19,979 nucleotides of DNA from Candidatus Hadarchaeota archaeon (GTDB lineage Archaea > CAYQAE01 > CAYVLA01). The first letter of the stretch is position 1, and each line of letters begins with the position of its first letter. Location of the stretch: the NCBI GenBank assembly GCA_964452145.1, contig CAYVLA010000057.1:1-19979 (forward strand), in the 5' to 3' direction. The position numbers and the translations under genes are program-made. Shown piece after piece: positions 1 to 6,316 of the stretch. The notes beneath the pieces were generated by a model. The model did no database searches. It worked only from the letters and a program-made list of their open reading frames with translations, and was not told the origin of the DNA.

Positions 1-112
1 GGCTTCGAGAAACTCGCAAGGAGGGCGAGTCAGGACTGCAGAGTTCACGCGCCAGAGGTTCTGTCTATCATTCAGCCCTCCGCTCGGAACCATTGCATGC
101 AATCAGATGCGC

Positions 113-122
113 GGTTAATAAG
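113..122 (+). promoter_or_regulatory. archaeal TATA-box-like element (GGTTAATAAG)
   Basis: AT-rich box in a GC-rich context, 26 nt upstream of ATG149, matching leaderless or short-leader archaeal spacing. Confidence 0.55.
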
Positions 123-148
123 CCACGTGTGGGTGGTGATTGCGGGCG

Positions 149-1117
149 ATGAAGCCAAAGTCCGTCGAAATCATCTGCGGGGCGACCGCCCTGATCATCG
201 CCGTAGCTATCCTAGGCGTACGGCTTCCGGCTTCGGGGAACAGGACGGTCACGATTGCGACCACCGGGTATTCCGGCGGCACGTACCTTCCGATTGCGTA
301 TGCCTTCGAGAAAGGCATATTCCGCGATCACGGCATCAATGTGACGCTTATTCCCATGAAGGACTTCTACACCGCCATGCTCGCCTTCTCGGCCGGGCAG
401 GTCGACGTTGTCTCCCAGTCGCCCGGCATTGCTGCCGTCTCCCTTGCTCAGGGGGACAGGTTCAAGATCGGGATGTCGCTGCGGACGGCTGATGACCTCA
501 TCCTCATAGCTAAGCCCTCCATCACCGAGGTCAACCAGCTGAGGGGCAAGACCCTTGCAACCTCCGGCAGGAACTCGGATGCCTACCGCACGATCAGCTG
601 GTACCTTGAGGGCAAGGGCATGGACATAGAACAACACATCCAGGTAGTGGAGATCAAGAGCCCGGCAACGATGGTGACCGGGTTCGAAACCGGACAGCTG
701 GATGCAATCATCGTCTCGGCGGGCTATGCAGCCCGGGCCATGGCCTCCGGAGGCAGGCCTCTCGTGAGCTGTTCTGACGCCTTCAGGGAGATCAGCGGCC
801 ATCCGCTCCATGCTCCCCTGCTTCTGATCAGCGAGAAACTTCTTGAAAGGGAACAAATGGCAAGGCAGTTCCTGAGGGCAATGAGGAAGGCCTGCAGCGA
901 GGTCGATCTGAACAGGGATGAGGCAGCACGGATCTGGGCTAGTTCGTCCAACCAGGCCCTGGACGACATTATACCGATCATGGAGATGACCCACATGGTG
1001 GGGGATCTGGACGAAGATGTCAGAGAGGATATCATGGCCTTCTTCGAATGGGGGCTGCGGAAGGGATGCTTCGAGCAGATACCCGGAGAGGATGTGTTCT
1101 ACGATGACTGGAGATAG
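149..1117 (+). CDS. ABC transporter substrate-binding protein, SsuA/TauA/NMT1(THI5) family
   Basis: N-terminal TM anchor (IICGATALIIAVAILGV). Family-typical segments YLPIAYAFEKGIFRDHGINV, GQVDV, ITEVNQLRGKTLA, GQLDA and C-terminal DVFYDDW. Alternative start TTG140. Confidence 0.85.
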   Translation: MKPKSVEIICGATALIIAVAILGVRLPASGNRTVTIATTGYSGGTYLPIAYAFEKGIFRDHGINVTLIPMKDFYTAMLAFSAGQVDVVSQSPGIAAVSLAQGDRFKIGMSLRTADDLILIAKPSITEVNQLRGKTLATSGRNSDAYRTISWYLEGKGMDIEQHIQVVEIKSPATMVTGFETGQLDAIIVSAGYAARAMASGGRPLVSCSDAFREISGHPLHAPLLLISEKLLEREQMARQFLRAMRKACSEVDLNRDEAARIWASSSNQALDDIIPIMEMTHMVGDLDEDVREDIMAFFEWGLRKGCFEQIPGEDVFYDDWR

Positions 1118-1165
1118 GATAACGCCAAGTAGGCGTGCATAGCCGGCATTCCGGGCGGTTGGGAA

Positions 1166-1348
1166 TCACTCGGCCAGCCATTCAGGCGCTTCCGATCCGC
1201 CGACAAGTGCCCCGATGACGAGGAAGAGGAGGGCTCCAAGGCCAAAGACCCAGACAACCCCCCGTGCAACGAAGTAGGAAACGGGCACCATCACAACGCA
1301 GACCAGGAAACCTACCGCCGTCGCCAATGCCCCTGCGTATCCCGCCAC
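1166..1348 (-). CDS. small two-TM membrane protein (60 aa; true start possibly ATG1374 across a frameshift)
   Basis: Two hydrophobic stretches (GALATAVGFLVCVVMVPVSYFV and VVWVFGLGALLFLVIGALVGG) with an acidic tail. The GTG start has no well-spaced SD. Confidence 0.5.
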   Translation of the reverse strand: MAGYAGALATAVGFLVCVVMVPVSYFVARGVVWVFGLGALLFLVIGALVGGSEAPEWLAE

Positions 1349-1455
1349 ACAACGACATAGAGCTCATCCTCCATATTACCTTTGAGACCGGGCGGCAAAG
1401 GACGGTCTTCAGGGCTTCGATTCCCTGCCGCATGGAGGGGTCCGTAAGGCAAGAG

Positions 1456-1502
1456 CCGGTCCGCGTCGTCGGGTCGGATGGACACATCTGACCCCGGACC
1501 GG
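1456..1502. repeat. strong bulged inverted repeat/hairpin (18 bp)
   Basis: CCGGTCCG(1456-1463) pairs with CGGACCGG(1495-1502). GGGTCGGATG(1471-1480) pairs with CATCTGACCC(1485-1494) with one G-U. Loop GACA, 7-nt bulge. Confidence 0.7.
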
Positions 1503-1508
1503 TCGCAA

Positions 1509-1519
1509 CCGTTATCAAG
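1509..1519 (+). promoter_or_regulatory. TATA-box-like element (CCGTTATCAAG)
   Basis: 22 nt upstream of ATG1542, similar to the spacing of the other boxes in the window. Confidence 0.4.
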
Positions 1520-1541
1520 GTCGGTGCCCGCCATGTCGACC

Positions 1542-2546
1542 ATGTGGAAGGGTCTGCATCCCCCTCAGGCGATCTTCTCTCGGAAGAAGTTTGCCGGGAT
1601 CGTGATCGATCCCCCCGAGCTTGAGCCGGGGAACTGGTGTGGAGCGGGAAAACTCTGGATCGATCCCGAGAACTCGGAGTACTGGCTCACCAGCAGGCCG
1701 AGATCGGGCGCCGAGCGGAGGGGCTTCGCCGCCGAGATATACCGGTCCCATGACGGCTGCACCTATGATCTGGTGGCATCACTGAGCAAGGAGGATATCT
1801 CCGGGGTCGCCGGGAAAAGGGTGCAAAGCATAGAGAATCAGCAGCTTCTGAGGGACCCGTCCACCGGAAGATACCACCTCTACCTATCCCTTGACGTGCA
1901 CGGTGAGAACATCGCCGGGCGGGCCGAGAAGGTCCACGACTCGAAGTGGGAGACCTTCCTTCTGAGCGCGGATGATCCCGCCGGTCCGTGGACGGGAGAG
2001 GGCTTCGCCCTGAGAGGCGATCACGCATACGACAGTGCGGAGGCACGCGACGCGACCATAGACATCATCGACGGCAGGTACATCGCCCTCTACAAGGCCA
2101 GAAGAAAGGGGAGCTCCGTGGTGAACATGGCGATGGCAGTCAGCGGAGACGGCAAGGAGTGGAGAAAGCAAGGACTCCTGGGTCTGAGTGGGGGCGGGCA
2201 GCCCGACTTCTTCCTCCTTAATGGCTCCATCCTGCCAGGCTCAGGGGGCCCGGTGTTCGTTGGCATCCAGACAACCGACATCATCAGAGGCGCGGCCCTC
2301 AGCAGGCGTTTCGCCGCGTACCAACTTGACATGAGGGCAGGCGAGCTTGAGCCGATCTTTCTGGCTGATTGGATCCCGGGATCCCAGTACGAGCATCCCG
2401 TCTATCCCATCCACACATACTCCACTCTGGCCGAGGACCCATCGACAGGGAGATGGCTGCTGATGATCGAGGCGGTTGACCCCACGCACAGCGCCGAGCC
2501 CGGGCTCAACACGGAGATCGACAGACTGCTACTGTATGTCTCGTAG
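1542..2546 (+). CDS. hypothetical protein, probable five-bladed beta-propeller glycoside-hydrolase-like fold (GH43/32/130 superfamily)
   Basis: Blade-like motifs GNWCGAG, SIEN..LLRDP..GRYHLYLS, ADDPAGPW, ARDATIDIIDGRYIALY and AVSGDGKEW. No signal peptide. Alternative starts GTG1524 and ATG1533. Confidence 0.65.
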   Translation: MWKGLHPPQAIFSRKKFAGIVIDPPELEPGNWCGAGKLWIDPENSEYWLTSRPRSGAERRGFAAEIYRSHDGCTYDLVASLSKEDISGVAGKRVQSIENQQLLRDPSTGRYHLYLSLDVHGENIAGRAEKVHDSKWETFLLSADDPAGPWTGEGFALRGDHAYDSAEARDATIDIIDGRYIALYKARRKGSSVVNMAMAVSGDGKEWRKQGLLGLSGGGQPDFFLLNGSILPGSGGPVFVGIQTTDIIRGAALSRRFAAYQLDMRAGELEPIFLADWIPGSQYEHPVYPIHTYSTLAEDPSTGRWLLMIEAVDPTHSAEPGLNTEIDRLLLYVS

Positions 2547-2639
2547 CGCCCTGACACGCCGACCCCCGTCGGACCGGCAATCGCATCGACTCTTCATCGA
2601 CTGGAACCGTGGGCCCGTAGTCGACTCGGCTTCCTGCCC

Positions 2640-2671
2640 TCGGGGCGAAGTCCAGCAAGTCTTCGCCTCGA
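2640..2671. terminator. hairpin between convergent genes (possible terminator or 3' stabiliser)
   Basis: TCGGGGCGAAG/CTTCGCCTCGA form an 11-bp stem (one G-U) with a 10-nt loop, 6 nt past the DegT-family stop. No U-tract. Confidence 0.35.
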
Positions 2672-2677
2672 CCGATC

Positions 2678-3955
2678 TCACCGAGCCCTCGCCTCAGCCC
2701 ATCGGGATATCAGACGCGCCATCCGGACGGCGTCCTCCTCGTTGACCCGGGGATGGATCGGCACGGCAACGATCCTTCTCCAAACATCCTCCGTCACGGG
2801 AAGCGGGGCTCCCGGCGACACCCCCATGTTCTGAAGGTGCAGTGGGTAGTACCCCCAAACGGTCTCGTAGCCGTGGCCGGCCAGGTGACTGCCCAAGTCA
2901 TATCGATGCCCGCAGTCCACGAGCAGAGCGAAGTAGAGATGCGCGTCCGACTCGGCCGACCGGGCAGTGAGGCGTATTCCGTCAACTCCCTCGAGTTCGG
3001 ACCGCAGAATATCGTAGTTCCTCTTCCTGATCTTCAGCATATCGTCCAGCTTGTCCATCTGAATCGATGCCAGCTTGGCCTGTACGCCGGCGATGTCCTT
3101 CGGCATCGCCTGTCCGGCGGCCGGGTCGCCTCCCATCCTCCGGGATTCTGGTGTAGGATGCATCATCTTCCTCCCGGTTGAGGCCATCTTTCTGGACAGT
3201 TTGATGGCAGGGACAAGCCCGCAATGCCTGATCGTCCTGCCCACATGCAGGACCGTCCTAGTCTTGACTTCCATCGGTCTCGGCCCTGCAAGGATTGGCA
3301 TCTCAACCGGGGCCCGATCACCGCAAACTAGGGCCCCACCTCCCACCGAGGACGCGATCTTTCCGTACCCGAAGCTCAGGACGCCCACATCTCCGAGAGT
3401 TGATGCAGGACGGCCATCAAACGTCGAGCCGAGGGCGCCTGCAGCATCGTCTATCAGCCGCAGCTCGTATCTGGCGGCAAGCTCACGGAGTTCGACCACC
3501 CTGCAGACCGTCCCGAACATGTGGACCATCAGGATGGCCCTCGTCCGTTCTCCGATGCACCTTTCCACGCTTGTAGGATCCAGGCACAGCGACTCATCGA
3601 CGTCGGCGGCAACCGGCTTGAGGCCTGCCTTGATGAAGGGTTGGACAGCGGTTTCGCATACAAAGGAGGGGCAGATGACCTCATCCCCGGGACGCAGCCC
3701 GAGAACCGCGGTGGCGAGGAGCAGCCCATCCCTGCCCTGGAACACGGGCACCGCGCTGCAACCTGTCAGGCCTTCCAGCTTGGCCTTCAGCTCCTCGGCG
3801 GCTTCCGGGAACTCCTCGCCGGCAAGGAATTCGACCAAGGCCGACCACTCGGCCCGATCCCAGCATGGGTCGAAGGCTTTCACCTTGGGAAGAAATGCCC
3901 GAGGCATCCTCCGATGGTCCTTGCTGCCTGGCTTCGCGAGGCTGCCTTCGGGCAT
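2678..3955 (-). CDS. DegT/DnrJ/EryC1/StrS family PLP-dependent sugar aminotransferase
   Basis: PGDEVICPSF, RTRAILMVHMFG, LIDDAAGALGS, PLP-lysine motif LSFGYGK..GGGAL, YYPLH and RIVAVPIHP. Confidence 0.9.
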   Translation of the reverse strand: MPEGSLAKPGSKDHRRMPRAFLPKVKAFDPCWDRAEWSALVEFLAGEEFPEAAEELKAKLEGLTGCSAVPVFQGRDGLLLATAVLGLRPGDEVICPSFVCETAVQPFIKAGLKPVAADVDESLCLDPTSVERCIGERTRAILMVHMFGTVCRVVELRELAARYELRLIDDAAGALGSTFDGRPASTLGDVGVLSFGYGKIASSVGGGALVCGDRAPVEMPILAGPRPMEVKTRTVLHVGRTIRHCGLVPAIKLSRKMASTGRKMMHPTPESRRMGGDPAAGQAMPKDIAGVQAKLASIQMDKLDDMLKIRKRNYDILRSELEGVDGIRLTARSAESDAHLYFALLVDCGHRYDLGSHLAGHGYETVWGYYPLHLQNMGVSPGAPLPVTEDVWRRIVAVPIHPRVNEEDAVRMARLISRWAEARAR

Positions 3956-3977
3956 AGCCCATCCATGGCAGCCCGGG

Positions 3978-3987
3978 TAGATAAAGC
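3978..3987 (-). promoter_or_regulatory. TATA-box-like element (GCTTTATCTA) for the DegT-family gene
   Basis: 22 nt upstream of ATG3955 on the minus strand. Confidence 0.5.
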
Positions 3988-4256
3988 CGAAGACCTAATA
4001 GTTCAATCGATCATCCCAAGGTCGGTGCCCCGCCGACGCCATCTGGATGCCTGCTGGGGCGTTGCTCGGATGAAGCTCGTCACCCCGAACTCGGGAGACC
4101 CTTCTCGACGCGCAGATCCCCAGGATCTTGCGCCTCGAAGCCCGGTGCGAAGGACCTTGATGTTTCCGAGAACGGCGCTCCAACAAGTGGTCGTCGGAAT
4201 CCATCGATCCCCAGCCTTCCGGGTGTAAGATGACAGACGGATCAAGAGCCAGGCTC

Positions 4257-4275
4257 GGGAACGAACCTTATTATC
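4257..4275 (+). promoter_or_regulatory. orphan BRE/TATA-like promoter (GGGAACGAACCTTATTATC)
   Basis: The core CTTATTATC (4267-4275) is identical to the box upstream of the GT-C gene (14381-14389, minus strand). A purine-rich BRE-like segment lies upstream. Confidence 0.5.
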
Positions 4276-4636
4276 TTCGGGCCTCATCCAGATCCTGTTG
4301 ACCGACCTGGAATACTTAGGATCGAGCAGGTCCATACGGATCGGTCGCGTGCCATCTCGGATCGCTGACAGAGATTCACCGTCCGTCCATTCGATGCAAC
4401 GATACAAGCAGCGAATCAGGGCAGGACCATGGTCGACGCGGGAGGAGGCAGTCCGGTTTGGGCGATGATGTCGGGGATACCGATCATACCAACCCCACAC
4501 GGACCTGGGCTCGGCAGCGCGTAGGAACCGGAGGAATCGCATCGCATGGATCCGACACCCTCAAGGCGGGTTTCGCGGGTCCTGAAACGACACGTGCAGC
4601 CACTGTGGACGGACTCTATCGCCTGGGGGCCGGACC

Positions 4637-5776
4637 TTGAGGGTTGAGATCCTGTCCAGCGCAGACCAGCTAGCGGATGCAGGGACGGATGCCTTCTGCC
4701 CCGAACCAATGCATACCTCATCGTATCTCAAGGTACTGGAATCGCTCCCTCACATCGGGAGACGGGAGGCCCGTCACCTTGTGGCCTACGACGACGGCCA
4801 ACCGCTTGCCTATCTCCCATGCTATCTCCAACACACCAGTCTTCACGACGATCTGAGAACCGTTCTTCTGACCGCCGGGGAGCGACGTCTGGCAACCCGA
4901 GCAGTCAGAGCGGGGCTGTTTCCGCGCCTTTCCCCAGCCCTTGTATGTTCCTCCCCTGAATCCTTCTACTGCGAGCTGATCCATCGCCCAGGGATAGATC
5001 CGCCCGGAATTCGGCAGATCGCGTCCAGCCTTACGGATGCCCTCATCGAAACCGGAAGAAGGGAGGGCGTCGATCTTGTCGGGTTCATGAATCTTCGCCG
5101 CAGGGACGAGATGCTGTGGGGGCACCTGCTCGGCAGGAACTATCTTTTCAGCCCCAGAACTGCCTCGGCATACCTCCCGTTGCCATGGGATGACTTCGAG
5201 GCCTATTTTCGTTCCCTCAGCAGAAGCAGGAGGAAGAGCATGAGGAGCGACTGGTCTAGGATGAACAGGACCGGTATGAGGGTCCACGAGGTCCTCGACA
5301 TCCAGCGGATCGCCGATGTACTGGAGAGGATAATCGACGAAATGTGGCGTACGCGCGGCAGGCGATGCCCCTTCAACCGTGACTACTACTCGCTGGTGCA
5401 ACGGCACATGGGGGCCAATTCCAAGGTCCTGGTCGGCGCGATCGAGGGCAAGATCCAAGGCTTCACGCTGCTCCTGAGAACCGCGCGCGAGATGTGCGCC
5501 TATCAGTACGGGGGCCTCCCGGAACCGATCACGCGGGACTCGGCCCTTTACTTCAACCTGTGCTTCAGGGAGACGATCAAGGATGGCATCGATTCCGGCG
5601 TTCGCGAGATCAGATACGGCCCGGCCACGCTGAGGCCCAAGATCACAAGGGGTTGCGTAACCGAGGATCTTGGCATCTTTCTCAGATGCCTCCACCGAAG
5701 ACATCTTCCAGTCATGAAAGCGGTTATGACAAGGAACAGGAAAAGGCGCTCATCGCCCACAGATGGAAACCCCTAG
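4637..5776 (+). CDS. GNAT-superfamily protein, FemAB-like ('peptidoglycan biosynthesis/recognition') family
   Basis: LAYLPCYL, AYLPLPWDDFEAYFRSLSRSRRKSMR, IQGFTLL, LYFNLCFRETI..I..G.REIRYGP and KITRGC. TTG start. Confidence 0.85.
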   Translation: MRVEILSSADQLADAGTDAFCPEPMHTSSYLKVLESLPHIGRREARHLVAYDDGQPLAYLPCYLQHTSLHDDLRTVLLTAGERRLATRAVRAGLFPRLSPALVCSSPESFYCELIHRPGIDPPGIRQIASSLTDALIETGRREGVDLVGFMNLRRRDEMLWGHLLGRNYLFSPRTASAYLPLPWDDFEAYFRSLSRSRRKSMRSDWSRMNRTGMRVHEVLDIQRIADVLERIIDEMWRTRGRRCPFNRDYYSLVQRHMGANSKVLVGAIEGKIQGFTLLLRTAREMCAYQYGGLPEPITRDSALYFNLCFRETIKDGIDSGVREIRYGPATLRPKITRGCVTEDLGIFLRCLHRRHLPVMKAVMTRNRKRRSSPTDGNP

Positions 5777-6065
5777 GGAATGACCAGACCGTTCCATGAC
5801 CCATCCAACCCTACATCCTCTGATCGGTCCGCTAACGGCCTTCGCCCAGAACAAGGCGCAAACGGTGAGCATCCCGATCCCGGACCGAGACCATGGACGG
5901 GGATCATCCGACGCGGGCAGAGGATTCCGCCGAGGGCCGTGCGTCGCCGGAGGCCGTCAAGACGGGCCCTGTCGCCTCCTGCCAGCTCCGGGCGCATAGG
6001 CGTTGAGGGGCGTTTCATACGCCGCACGATTGCCCAGATCGAGAACGCAGGCCTCCCATCGCGAA

Positions 6066-6230
6066 CTAGGCGCTTGCCCCATGCCTTCTCCTCAGCAGCA
6101 AGACGATTCCTAAGAAGATCAAACAAGGCAACCCCAGGACCAAGAGCGGTATGAGGGGTATCAGGAAATCCGGAAAGAACGGCAGGAGAGGCTTGGCAAA
6201 CGGAACCAGGAAAGGGAAGGTCTTGGAGAA
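6066..6230 (-). pseudogene. cryptic hydrophobic reading frame with TM segment plus basic tail (not in the ORF track)
   Basis: Translates as FSKTFPFLVPFAKPLLPFFPDFLIPLIPLLVLGLPCLIFLGIVLLLRRRHGASA*, bounded upstream by an in-frame TGA (6233-6231). Confidence 0.45.
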
Positions 6231-6316
6231 TCAGGACGGAAGCCATTTTGCACCATCGCCGTCTTCCTTGGAGCTGGAACCACAGACGGAAATCGGGAAA
6301 CCGAACGTCCCGCCCA

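Noticed and set aside
1410..1427. tRNA T-arm look-alike CAGGG-cTTCGATT-CCCTG inside a ~73-nt closed structure
   Set aside because: The loop is 8 nt. There is no D-arm, no 7-nt anticodon loop, no directly stacked acceptor stem and no CCA, so it is not a tRNA.
4455..4495. GGCGATGATG resembling a fluoride riboswitch 5' end or a C box
   Set aside because: The complementary TCGCC and downstream GCTGATGAC are absent, and there is no D box at sRNA-like distance.
4003..4542. 179-aa minus-strand ORF in the DegT-GNAT gap
   Set aside because: Arg/Trp/Ser-rich composition with no motif and no start signals. It also overlaps a better-supported plus-strand promoter.
212..5704. Long antisense or alternative-frame ORFs (212-994, 3075-3980, 3521-4228, 4718-5704 and similar)
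   Set aside because: These are shadows of well-supported genes on the opposite strand, expected at high GC, with no recognisable motifs.
5773..6246. 157-aa (minus) and 124-aa (plus) ORFs after the GNAT gene
   Set aside because: Arg/Pro/Gly-rich translations typical of non-coding GC-rich DNA. A different frame better explains the compositional skew.
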